From Mantamonas sphyraenae STR306 (taxonomy: Eukaryota > Protista > CRuMs), in NCBI GenBank assembly GCA_026936335.1, contig JAPMXV010000069.1, positions 62,001 through 126,000 on the forward strand: 64,000 nucleotides of DNA. The letters run 5' to 3'. The notes under the pieces were generated by a model, which worked only from the letters and a program-made list of their open reading frames with translations, was not told where the DNA came from and searched no databases. Of this stretch, positions 12,600 to 24,126 are shown piece by piece (position 1 is the stretch's first letter; every line of letters begins with the position of its first letter). A program made the position numbers and the translations under genes.

Positions 12600-15500
12600 T
12601 TGTGCAAGCAGAGTAGGCGAGTCTGGTGGAGTCACAAACGCCTCATCCTCCTCCTCATCCTCATCCTCCTCATCCTCTTGTTCTGCGTCTTTGTCCTCCT
12701 CTTCCTCTTCCTCTTCCTCTTTGCTCGGCTGCGTCTGCTCGTCCACCTCGATGGCATCCGTGGCCTCTTCCGTGTGCATGGTGGCGCCTGAAGTGGAAAA
12801 CCATGGTTGCACCTTGCCCGATGCGTTGGATGCATCGTGCTGCATGCGGCTCTGCAGAGGTGCAGCAGCAGTGGCATCAGCGACTCCAGTGGACGACGAC
12901 GAGGACGTCGATTCGCTCGATACGCGCATGCGCTTGGGCGACGGAACGTCTGCCTGTTCAGCCTCGTCGTGTTGCTCTTCGCTTGCCTCCTCTTGCATCT
13001 CTTCCAACGATCGCTTGGGCGACACACGCTGCGGTGTCGACGCAGCCTTTGGCGGCGAAAAGGTAAAGGACAGCGGCGACATGGCAGCCATGGATGCCTG
13101 GGCTTCCTGTGCATGTGCCACAGGCGACAGGGTGCTGGCTGCCTGCTTCTTCGGCTCCTGCTCCTCCTGCTGCTCTTGCTCGTCTGCGATCGGTTCCTCT
13201 TCTTGCACCGGGGCATCATCCACCTCAATGCGTGTCTCCTCCTCCTCCTCCTGTGCAATTGCCATCGACGCACGTGTGCGACGTCGTGACCCCTTGGTGG
13301 CCTTTGTTGCCTTGGTGGCCTTTGTTGCCTTGTGGTGTGGCTCTGCATCAGCTGGTGTGACTTCCTCCTGCACTTGCCCCTGTTCCTCCTCTTGCTCTTC
13401 CTCCTCCTGCTGTGCGACAGCCATCGAAGCTCGCGTGCGACGACGCGACGACGACGACGATGACGACGACGATGACGATGCCTTCTTCGGTGCTCTCTTC
13501 TTGCTTGCTTCGGGCTTGGCTTCAGCCGCCGACCTGACCTCTTCTTTCACCATCTCCTGTGCCTTTTCCACCTCTTGCTCCTGGGCCACAGCCATGGAGG
13601 CACGCGTGCGACGACGAGATGACGACGTCGTGCTCGATGACGTTTTCGACGACGCCTTCTTCGTCTTCTTCTTCATCTTCATGTCCTTCTCGTGCTCTGT
13701 TTCCTCAGCTTCATCAGTCTCGGACTCTTCCTGCTGGGCAATGGCCATGGATGCACGCGTGCGACGGCGTGTCGCAGTCGACGATGCCTTCTTCTTCTTC
13801 TTGGTTGCCTTTGTCTTTGGTGCGGTTTCGGATTCGATCTCGCTGGCTGCAGACTCGTCCCCTGCTCCATCCTCTGCCTCGGACTCTTCCTGCTGGGCAA
13901 TGGCCATGGATGCACGCGTGCGACGGCGTGTCGCAGTCGACGATGCCTTCTTCTTCTTCTTCTTGGTTGCCTTTGTCTTTGGTGCGGTTTCGGATTCGAT
14001 CTCGCTGGCTGCAGACTCGTCCCCTGCTCCATCCTCCGCCTCGGACTCTTCCTGCTGGGCGATGGCCATGGATGCACGCGTGCGACGGCGTGTGGTGCGT
14101 TCGCTCGATGCCTTTGTGCCACGCTTGCCAGTTGACCTGCTCTTGCTCTTGCTCTTGCTGGCAGCAGCCTTCTCCTCGGCTTCAGCGTCAAAGACGCCCG
14201 TGGTGACGACCTCGTCGGTGTCCATCACGTCGCTCGCCTTTGCAGTCTCCCCCACCTGCTCCTCCTGCTCCTCCTGTTGTTGCACAATGGCCATCGAGGC
14301 ACGTGTGCGACGACGAGAGGTGGACGCCGTCGATGAAGTCGACGCCTTCTTCACCTTCTTTGTCTTCCTCACCTTTTGCGGCTCCGACTTCTGCTGCTGC
14401 TGCTGCTGCTCTTCTTCACCTTTAGCCTGTGTGGGCTCCACATCCACCTCGCTGGCAGACTCGTCTTCCACCATGGCCTCCTCCTGCTCCTCCTGCTGTG
14501 CAATTGCCATCGAAGCACGCGTGCGACGTCGTGTGCTGGTTGTGCTCGATTTCTTGCCTGCCTTCTTGCTTGCCTTCTTGCTTGTCTTCCTCTCCGGCTC
14601 CGCTTCGCTCTCGCTGGCCGATTCCTCTTCCTGTTGGGCAATCGCCATGGAGGCACGCGTGCGACGGCGGTACGACGTTGACTTCTGTGCTGCCTTCACC
14701 TCTGGTTGAGCCTCCTCAACCTCGGTGGCGCTCTCATCATCTTCGGTTTGCTGCTCTTGTTGCTCCCCTTGCTGATCCTGCTCCTCCTGCTGGATAATGG
14801 CCATAGATGCACGCGTGCGACGGCGTGTGGTGCGTCCATTGCTGCTGCTCTTCGACGACCTCGTCGCTTTGCTCTTGCTCTTGCTCTTGCTTGCCTTCTT
14901 CTCCTCCGCCGGGGCTTCAGCTTCACGCTCAGTCTCGGTTTCAGTCTCGGTTTCGGGCTCGCTGGCAGATTGCTCCTCCTCTTGCTGTGCCATTGCCATC
15001 GAGGCACGCGTCCTGCGACGTGTGGCTGGCTTCTTCACAACCTCGGCCTCCACTTCGCTGGACGACTCCACATCAGTCTCCTTCGTTTCCTCGTCTGCTT
15101 CCTGTGCAACGGCCATGGAAGCACGCGTACGACGGCGTGAGGAAGTTTCCTTCTTCTTCTTCTTCGCTGCCTTTGTCTTGGTCGTTGGCTCCAACTTGGC
15201 CTCCTCGGCCTCGGTGGCACATTCATCATCAGTTTGCTCCTCCTCCTGCTGAACAATGGCCATGGATGCACGTGTGCGACGGCGTGTCGTGCGCGCCACT
15301 GCTGCTGCTCTTCGACGACCTCGTTGCTTTGCCCTTGCTCTTGCTCGTGCGCGTTCTCGTTCCTTCATCCTCCACCTGCGCTTCAGCTTCACGCTCAGCC
15401 TCGGTTTCGGTCTCCGGTTCGGTTTCTTGCGCAGACACATTCTCCTTCTCCTCCTCCTCCTCCTCCTCTTGCTCCTCCTGCTGGACAATGGCCATGGATG

Positions 15501-17285
15501 CACGTGTGCGACGGCGTGTTGTTCTGGCTGCCTTCTTCATGGGCTCCACCTTGGTCTCCTCGGCCTCGTTGACCTCCTCGGTTTCGCTTGCAGACTCGTC
15601 AACTTGCTCCTGCTGGGCAATTGCCATCGACGCACGTGTGCGACGACGCGTCGTCCGGCCACCACTGCTCAGCGTCGTTTCGCTCTTGGTGCCTTTACCC
15701 TTGCTCTTGCTCGTTCTCGTGCGCGTGGTGGTGCTCTGTTCTTGCGTGGATTGCGCCTCCTCCTCCACCTCGACTGCAGCTTCACGCTCAGCCTCGGTGT
15801 CAGCCTCCTCCTCGTCTGCAGAGTCCTCCTCCTTCGCTTCCTCCTGCACAATAGCCATTGAGGCGCGCGTGCGACGGCGTGTGGAGCTCCTGCCACCTTT
15901 CTTGCTGGCTTCCTCCACCTCCATCGCCGCGACTTTGTCCTCGCTCGCGCTGGCGCTCGCATTTTCCTGTGCCTCAGCCACCGACGAACGTGTGCGCCGC
16001 TTTGATCCCTTTGCATGCGTCGTCGTCGTGCTGTCCTCCTGCTCTTCCTCCCCCTTCTGCTCCACCGCCATCGAGGCTCGCGTGCGGCGACGTGTCCTCT
16101 TGGTTGCTTTCTTGCTTGTCATCACCTCGGCCTCCTCGGTCTCGGCCTCTTCACCACTGTCCTCTCCCTTCTCTTCTTCATCTTCTTCCTCTTCCTCGTC
16201 CTCCTCCTTCTGCTCCACCGCCATCGAGGCTCGCGTGCGGCGACGTGTTGCACGTCCACTTGACGACGACGTGCTCCTGCCCCTGCCACCATTCTTCTTT
16301 GCCTTTGTCTTGGTTGCCTTGCGCACAGTGCTGCTTGTCTCTTCCTCTGCCTCCTCTTCCTCCTCTTCCTCCTCTTCCTTCTGCTCCACCGCCATGGATG
16401 CTCGCGTGCGGCGACGCGTTCCCCCGGCCTTGTTTGCCTTTCCACGTGCCTTGGGTGCCACCACCACTGACATGTCGTCCGCGCTCGAATCGCTCTCTTC
16501 TTCGTCCTCCTTCTCGCTATCGAGTGCAACGTCCACGTCTGCAATGTCCGCGGCCTCCACCTCCTGATCCGCCTGCTCGCTCTCTGCCTTTTGACTCTGT
16601 CCACACGCGCACCATCCCCGTGTCAGTCTCTCTCTACACCGTGTACGCATCCCAAGTGTACATGTGCACATGTTGCTCTGTGTTTTTGCTTCCCCACATG
16701 CCATCTCCTCTCGCACGTGCCCTTGTTCAACTGACCGTTGGTTTTCGCGCCAACATGGTGCCCGTCTGCTTCTTGTCCGCCTCCTCCTTCTCCAACTCCA
16801 TCAGCAGATTCTTGCTGGGCATCTCATTCCCTTGCGTCTGTTTCGTCTTGCCCTGTGCGTTCTCTGCCATGTTTTCCGCCTGCTCCGTGCATCCCCGTCG
16901 TCCGTGTCAGGATTCAAAATCACCGATCACCGCGCCTTTCAAAATCCGTCTCCCGCGAAACTCACGTTGTCTCCGCCTGTGGGCCGGTCGTACATGCCCT
17001 TCAATGTGTTCATACCCACCCTAGATTTGGTGGCTCGCTTCTTGCGAGTTGACGGCGTCTGTGGCAAGCCCATTTTGCTGTTCCGGCGCCCATGTGTCAG
17101 CTGATCGCACGCGCCAAAACACCCTTCTCGCTTGTCTTCGCTCACCTTCCGGCCTGCAGCACAACACGCGTCTCGTGCACCAGCTCGTTCAGCCATTCCT
17201 GGTTCTGTTCGTGCTGTGCGTCGCATTCCTTGATCTTGGCGTCCCTCAACGACCGGAGGTTACCCAGGATGGAGTTCAACGACAT
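10758..17285 (-). CDS. INCENP: Inner centromere protein INCENP (~2,060 aa); introns 17078-17145, 16880-17019, 16597-16735; apparent 1-nt frameshift near 15295
   Basis: N-terminal EWLNELVHE...LPQTPS (INCENP_N-like), central single alpha-helix (E/R/K-rich), C-terminal IN-box VPQWA...DADSIF...CNLDEIF...RRGSSGNW. Confidence 0.85.
13255..16420 (-). repeat. About 20 dispersed copies of the coding motif RRRTRASMA(I/V/M)xQ, each followed by an acidic spacer
   Basis: 19 perfect RRRTRASMA plus one variant (KRRTRSSVA) counted in the translation. Includes a near-exact ~156-159-nt duplication at ~13730-14090. Confidence 0.95.
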
Positions 17286-17464
17286 CGCTGCTGCTTTTTC
17301 TGTTCGCCTTGGTCACATTTGCGCACATCCTCCTCACCTCCGCCTTCGCCCCATGTGTTTCCTGTTCCCTACGTGCACACACACACCCAAGTGACATTGC
17401 TGTATTGCACTGCAGAAGCAGAGAATGCGCTGGCGGAACCAAGTCAGGATTTTCTTTCTGCGCC

Positions 17465-19472
17465 ATGCTGCGTGGCTACTCGCGCTGGAGTCGCCTCATA
17501 GTCGTCTCCCTTGGTGGTCTTGCTCTCGAATTAGCTTGTAAGTGATCTACAATGGTCTCCGTGGGTGTTGGTGGTGTGTGTGTTTGTGTGTGTATGTGTG
17601 ATCTGTCAAACTATGCTGTGAGAGCGCGTGTAGCTCACAATTCTTTCCACCGCCGCCGCCCTGCAGACGCCGTCGAGGCTTCTTACACCACACCTCTCTT
17701 TCTCGAATATGGCATGCCTCTGGAGTGGTCCTCCATGGTGTGGGTCATGTCTCCGCTGGTGGGATTCTTCCTGCAGCCCGTCCTGGGCCACTACAGCGAC
17801 GCTTGCCGCAGCAAGCTCGGACGCAGACGGCCCTTCATCATCCCTTTCGTCCTCTGCTCCACCATCGGCCTTTCACTTTTCACATTCTGGTGCGTTTCCA
17901 GCCCCTTCCTTGCCCCCACCACCATCCATCGCCCTGCATCCCGTCCCCTTTTCCCGTTTGCCCCGTCGTGCCCGGGCTCCCAGCGCGTGCGCAGCCGCCG
18001 CATGCCGCCTGTGCGTCCGCGCGTCGTCGGCCCTTTCCCCGCGGGGCATTTTCCCTGCGTGTTGCGCGACACGCGCGAGCGCACCGTGAAACAGACCTTG
18101 GTGCAACTGACACATGTGTGTGGTGTGGTGTGGGGGTGGGTATACGTGATGCAGCCGTGAGCTTGCAGGCCAACATGCTCTCGTGTTGGCAGCGATCTCG
18201 TTCATGATGATCGATCTGGGACTGGACACGCTCATGGGCCCTTCGCGCACAATTGTCTCGGACATGGTTGCACACACGCAGCAGGACCGGGCCATGTCCA
18301 TTTACACGGTGATTTCCGCCCTTGGGGGCATTGCTGGCTTTGTTGTGGGTTCCATCAAGTTGCTGGACCTGCTTCCGGGACTCGGCGTGCTGGGCGACAA
18401 CGAACAGGTCCTCTACCTCCTCACCGCCGCCCTTCTTGTGTTCTTCTACACCATTTCACTGTCCGCCGCCGATGACAAGCCTCTGGACAGGTTAGAAATC
18501 GAGTGGGCCATGGAGAACGGCTATGTGGACGAACCGGTGCCCATCACCGCCGCCGCCGCAGGTGCCGTCGCCTCCCAGGGCGAAAAGACGCCCCTCATCA
18601 AACGACCCAAAGGATCCATCAACGGTGGCGAAATGAAGATGACTGCTGCCACGGACAGCAGCAACCATCTGGACGGTGATGGGGGCCGCCACGGGGACGG
18701 ACGCCGTTCTGCAAGCGAGGACGACGGCGACGACAACCGCGCCGCCATTGTGCAGGTGTTGGATCTCATGATGCACATGCCACCCACTCTCAAGCGCATC
18801 TATGTGATGACCCTGTTTTCCTGGATCGGCGTGCTGATCTTCATCTTCTTCAACTCCCATTGGGCCGGCGAGGCTCTCTTTGGCGGCGACCCCTACGCAC
18901 CCGCCGGTTCGACCAAACGCATGCTGTACCAAGAAGGCGTGCGACTGGCCAGTCTGGGCATGGGATTGTCTGCCTTTGTCACCTTTTTCTCGGGCCTGGT
19001 GTTGAACCGCGTGCTGCGTCTCTTTCGCGTCAGCACCGTGTATGCCTTTACCATGCTGTTCTTCCTGGCCACCACTGTGTTGTTACATCTCATTCGCCAC
19101 CCTGTGGCCCTCCTCGTCTGTTTCTCCCTCTTTGGCGTCCCATACGCCTCCATCCTCGTCGTCCCGTACGCCGTCGCCGCAAACGTCGCCGCAGACGACG
19201 AGGTGGCCACCTACATCAACGTCCTCAACACAACCATGGCCGCAGCCCAGCTCCTGGTCAGCTTTGTGTCCGGTGTCATCATCCAAACCTTTGGCGTGCA
19301 AACACTCATCGTCGGCGGCGGCGTCCTTTCCGCCCTCGGTGGTCTTGCCAGCCTCTCCCTGCGCGTGAATCCCTCCGGTCGCAAGATTGTGTTTGCCCCC
19401 GCCGGTGAGAGCATCGATGATGCCGCTGCGTTGGACCCCGAGGCTCCTATGTACGGCACCGCAGAAGCTTGA
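17465..19472 (+). CDS. SLC45/SUC-type MFS sugar:H+ symporter; introns 17538-17666, 17890-18154
   Basis: YAVEASYTTP, LQPVLGHYSDACRSKLGRRRPFI, WAGEALFGGDP, YQEGVRLASLGM. Confidence 0.9.
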
Positions 19473-19557
19473 GCAACAGAGTGCGCCCGCGCCAATACAA
19501 CAATTCTGTCAACACATGCAAACGTGCAGGAGGGATAGTGCGTGGGTGGTTGTGTCG

Positions 19558-20136
19558 ATGACGTTGTCGTTGCTTTTCCTGCTCCTACCGTTGGCAGTTT
19601 CGGTGGCTGCAGATGCCCACTGCCAAGGTGGCGAATCCCCAGACGGGTGCTGTGCCACCTGTGCCCCAGGATGGATGGGCAACTGCACATGCTCCATCTC
19701 CCAAGAATGTGGCAACCCCAACGGCACCACATGCGACTGGTATGACGTGTGCCTCGCTGCACACACGCCGGACTGCAGCGACGTGACCAAAATCATGCAG
19801 GACAAATGCGTACAATACCAGCAGCTCGAACCTCGCCTCTCCCCCATTGGCCAACAGTGGTCCAAGTATGTGCGACCCTGTCTCATGCGTACCCTGGCCA
19901 CAGAAGCCCTGCTTCCGGCTGCCAACGGTGTGGTCTCCTGCAAGACTGCCGACGACGTGTTTTTCAAGCACCACCTCCCCTGCTACCTCGACGGACCCGT
20001 GTCCTTTTGTCAAATCTCCAACGATGACAAGTTTCGTGTCATTCTGGCTGCCGAGAACATCCTCTGGACGCGTCACTTTTGGGAAGTCACCGAATCGGGC
20101 CTGGAACTGTTCAAAGCGTGTGAAGAGCGCGAGTAA
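19558..20136 (+). CDS. Secreted cysteine-rich protein
   Basis: Signal peptide MTLSLLFLLLPLAVSVAA. Cys pattern CDWY..CL...C...KC..Y...LS..GQQW...VR.CL...C....F..H.PCY....FC. Confidence 0.75.
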   Translation: MTLSLLFLLLPLAVSVAADAHCQGGESPDGCCATCAPGWMGNCTCSISQECGNPNGTTCDWYDVCLAAHTPDCSDVTKIMQDKCVQYQQLEPRLSPIGQQWSKYVRPCLMRTLATEALLPAANGVVSCKTADDVFFKHHLPCYLDGPVSFCQISNDDKFRVILAAENILWTRHFWEVTESGLELFKACEERE

Positions 20137-20286
20137 AGTGGGTGCACGTGTTGCCATGTGCTATTTGCTTGTGGGTGTGTGTGTTGTGCTGTGTTCCCAA
20201 ACGGTGTAGTGCGCGTGGTGCGCACGTGCTTGCATTCCGGTGAATTGCGAACACCCCCAACAACCATGGTCGTCTACAACTTTTGT

Positions 20287-21193
20287 TCATTGGTTGGCAT
20301 CGATGGCCGCTTGGATGCGCTTGAGATCCTGGAGCATGCTTGTGACGTCGATGGCGTCCATCTCAAAGCGCAAGACGGTGTCCTGTGCCTGCAGGGTATT
20401 GCTATCTTGTGTGTTGTTGTTGTTGTTGCTGTTGTTGTTGTTGTTGTTGCCCCCTTGAGTGTTGTCGTCGTCGTTGTCGCCTGTGTCCCCGTCCTCTCCT
20501 CCTTCCCTTTCCTTGCTGTCGTCGCCGGCCACCTCGCTGGCGTGGTTGGGACGTTTGGCCAGAAACATCTCCACAATGGCACACGCCTTGTTCATGTCCT
20601 CCAGGTGGTTGCTTCGACTCTGAACATCCACACGCCATGACATCTGCTGCAGGTGGTTGTTGAACGTGCTCGCGTCACGCACCGCCGCGTGAATCTTGCT
20701 GCTCTCGTTTCGCCACACCTGACAAAGAAAACCCACCGTGTCAGCACCGCACCACGCCTCGTATCCGCACCACACCACCCCAACGGCATGCACACGGGAC
20801 ATATGCTCCGTGTCGCACACATGTGTGTGTTCACAACGCATTGCCAAAGGCACAGGGGCGCATGAAAAAGGCGCGTGGGGGAAACCAACTCACGCGCAGG
20901 AAGCCCTCTGTTTGCTCTTCGTCCAGGCCGCTCTGACCCAACTGCGTTTCCACATCCGCTTGCTGGGCATCCTGCGAGGCCAATTGACGCAGGAAGGCCA
21001 CAAGGGTGCTGATGAGTGCATCTGCCTGCGAGGCCTCCATACCCGAGTCCACAAACAACTCCAGGGGATCGTCGTCCTTCTTGCCGTAGAAGGAGGAGCC
21101 CACAAGCACCTTGACCAGGTGCGTGAAGGCGTGTGCTCCCAATGGATTGCTCAGGTCCGGTGGCGTGTTGGCACTGGCGCTGGAACTGGACAT
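20287..21193 (-). CDS. COMMD1: COMM domain protein, COMMD1-like; intron 20719-20893
   Basis: SWRVDVQSRSNH...AIVEM...LRFEMD...MLQDLKRIQAAI COMM domain, with an Asn-rich low-complexity insertion. Confidence 0.75.
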
Positions 21194-21267
21194 GAGGACG
21201 AGGTGTTGTGTGGCTTGCGGTGGCTGCTGCGGCGCAACCACCCGAAATCGAAACGCACACACCCCGT

Positions 21268-22649
21268 ATGAGCTCCACCACCAACGAAAAGAGTGTCCAC
21301 ACGCCCCTCAAGGGTCCGTACACCATGACACGATACATTCTGGACTCGCAGCGCAAGCAGAGCAACGCTAGCGGCGAGTACACCGTGTTGCTGCAGGGCA
21401 TCCAGGTGAGCGATGTTTCCTCCCCGACGCAGCCTTTTAGCCGGCCGTTTTGCACGGTACACAGGCGCTGTGTGACATGCGGAGGCTGCAAGTGTGTCGG
21501 GGGAGGCCGTGACGGGCTGTGTAAAGGTTGCTGACACACGTGGAGGGCTTGAAACGGTGTGTAGACGGCGTGCAAGGTGATCAGCGACGCCGTGCGTTGT
21601 GCAGGCATGACCAACATGTTTGGTGAGATCGACGGCGAGGAGGTCAACGCCACGGGCGACCACCAGAAGAAGCTGGACGTGTATTCCAACGACGTCATGA
21701 TCAGTGCCTTGCGGTATGTGGGCCCAAACGTCGGAGGGGAAAATTCCTTCCACGGCGGCGACGGCGGCAACACACAACTGACACGGACCGGGGGGGTTCC
21801 AACCATGCCACACACCATGGTGATTGTGGTGGTGGTGTGATGCGGTTGGCATGTGCACACACACACACACACACACATCACATCACACACAACAGAGACA
21901 CTGGGTCGTGCTGCATGATTGTGAGCGAGGAGAACGAAGAACCGGTGGTGATGCCCGAGGAGTACCGTGGCAACTACGTGGTTGTGACAGACCCGCTGGA
22001 CGGAAGCAGCAACATCGACTGCAACGTGAGTGTGGGCACCATCTTTGGCATCTACCACCGCAAGAGCAGCAGCGAGGAAGAGCCGACGGTGGACGATGCA
22101 CTGCAGCCGGCAAAGAACCTGGTTGGGGCCGGGTACTGCATGTACGGCTCATCCACCCTGCTTGTGTTTAGCAACGGCAACAACGAGGTGATGGGCTTCA
22201 CGCTGGACAACAGCGTGGGCGAGTTTGTGCTCACGCATCGCAACCTGACCATCCCCTCCGGCGGCGAGATCTACAGCTGCAACGAGGGCAACTTTGCAAA
22301 GTGGAGCTCGGGTATCCAGGGCTTCATCAACGAGGTCAAGGAGTCTGGTTGGAAGGCTCGCTATGTGGGCTCCATGATTGCGGATGTGAACCGCACCTAC
22401 ATCAAAGGAGGCATGTTTATGTACCCGGCCGACAAGAAGAACAAGCGTGGCAAGCTGCGTCTTGTGTACGAGGTGGGGCCTTTGGGATGGCTCACCGTGC
22501 AGGCTGGTGGTGCTGCCAGCGATGGCAGCCAGTGTGTCACGGGTCTGGTCCCATCGGGCCCCCACGAGCGCGTGCCCGTCATCCTCGGCGACGCAGAGTA
22601 TGTTGCCATGGTGGAGAAGCACCTTGCCAACGAGGACAAGGAGGAATGA
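21268..22649 (+). CDS. FBP1: Fructose-1,6-bisphosphatase class 1; introns 21406-21564, 21714-21895
   Basis: VNATGDHQKKLDV, VSEEN, DPLDGSSNIDCNVSVGTIFGIY, RYVGSMIAD, GKLRLVYE. Confidence 0.97.
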
Positions 22650-22677
22650 ACGCACGAATGACATGAACCGTTTGTTT

Positions 22678-23455
22678 TCAATCGGAATCGGAATCTTCGG
22701 CGCCGGGGAACTTGAACGACGACACTCCCAGGTTGATGGCACCCTGCGAGCGGTAGGAACGCTTGCGCTTGTTCTTTGTGGCCTGGAAGTTCTTGCCACG
22801 CACTTTGATGAGCTCATTATGTGCCTTGCGTCCATACTCGTCCATCTTGGTGTGGAACGAGTTGTCCCGCAGCTGCTCGTACACATCCCCAATGTCCTCT
22901 GCCTTGATGCGCTGGAACCGCTCTCCAGGCTGCTTCCTCTTGCCTGCAGGCGCCGTGTGTGGCCTCTGCGGCTGGCTCGGTTCCGGTGTGCTTGCTTCCT
23001 CCTTCTTCGTCTTGTTCTTCTTTGAGCTCTTGGGCTCCTCCTCCTCGGAGTCAGAGTCCGCCTCAGAGTCGGAGTCGGAATCGGAAGAGTCCGAAGAGTC
23101 AGAGTCAGAGTCGGAAGAATCAGAAGAATCAGAGTCAGAGTCGGAAGAATCAGAAGAATCAGAGTCAGAGTCGGAATCGGAAGAGTCAGAAGAGTCAGAA
23201 GAGTCAGAAGAGGCAGAATCAGAATCAGAAGAGTCATCCTCATCTTCGTCATCCTCATCCTCGTCATCCTCGTCATCCTCATCCTCATCATCCTCATCAT
23301 CTTCGTCATCGTCATCATCATCATCCTCATCCTCGTCATCCTCGTCATCGTCATCCTCGTCATCCTCATCCTCGTCATCCTCATCCTCGTCATCCTCATC
23401 ATCATCCTCATCATCATCCTCGGCATCATCCTCGTCATCATCATCCTCGTCATCC

Positions 23456-23488
<33 letters not shown>

Positions 23489-24048
23489 CCATCCTCGTCC
23501 TCCTCGCTGCTGCTGCTCTCTTCCTCCTCCACTCGTTGCCTCTTCCTGGGCTGCTCCTCCTCCTCCTCCTCACTGCTGCTGCTGTCCTCCTCATCCTCAT
23601 CCTCATCCTCATCCGACGACGAATCCTCCCGCTTCCTCTTCATGCTCCCACTGAAACCCAGCCCCTCCTCAGTGTCAGTTGCCCTCCTTGCCTCTCATTG
23701 CCTTCCAGACCAAAAATCCGTTTCGCATGCGTCACCCCCGCGTCCCCTCAACCTCCCACCCACTCACCTGCCCTTGGATGTTTTCTGTGCCTCTGCCCGC
23801 ACTGCCTCATGCGAAGCAATGATCTCCTGCAATGACACGCTGGCCTTGCTCAGCTGTGACGGAAAACACGGCATGCCAACCCGGCGTCAGCTCAGCATCT
23901 CACTCTCCCTCACCCACCCACTCTCTCACTTTCTCCCACTCACCTTGCCACTGTACTCGCTGTCCAGCTTGCGCACCGTCTTGTGCAGACCCTGTTCCTC
24001 CAGGTATGCCCGCACGACGGCCAGCGTCTCCTCCGTGTTCAAGCTCAT
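22678..24048 (-). CDS. NOLC1: SRP40/Nopp140-like nucleolar protein; introns 23854-23943, 23651-23767
   Basis: N-terminal LisH-like (LAVVRAYLEEQGLHKTV), D/E/S tract, SRP40_C FQRI...LRDNSF...YGRKAHNELIKVRGKNF..KNKRKRSYR.G.I....SFKF. Confidence 0.9.
23045..23495 (-). repeat. Coding low-complexity tract: poly(D/E) then (SD)n/SSD repeats
   Basis: On the + strand, TCA/TCC/TCG triplet runs and GAGTCA/GAATCA hexamer repeats. Confidence 0.95.
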
Positions 24049-24126
24049 TTCCTTTCCGTGGGGTTCCGACTTTCTGTGTTGCCGCGTGCGCCTGGCATGC
24101 CACCACAAACACATCACACAGCGCCC

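Noticed and set aside
13255-16420. Regularly recurring ~27-nt motif with variable spacers, superficially CRISPR-like
   Set aside because: Copies vary at synonymous positions, spacers are in-frame and 100-250 nt, there are no cas genes, and the context is eukaryotic coding sequence.
12691-17024. Long + strand ORFs antisense to INCENP
   Set aside because: Mirror of the repetitive low-complexity sense gene; no independent coding signal.
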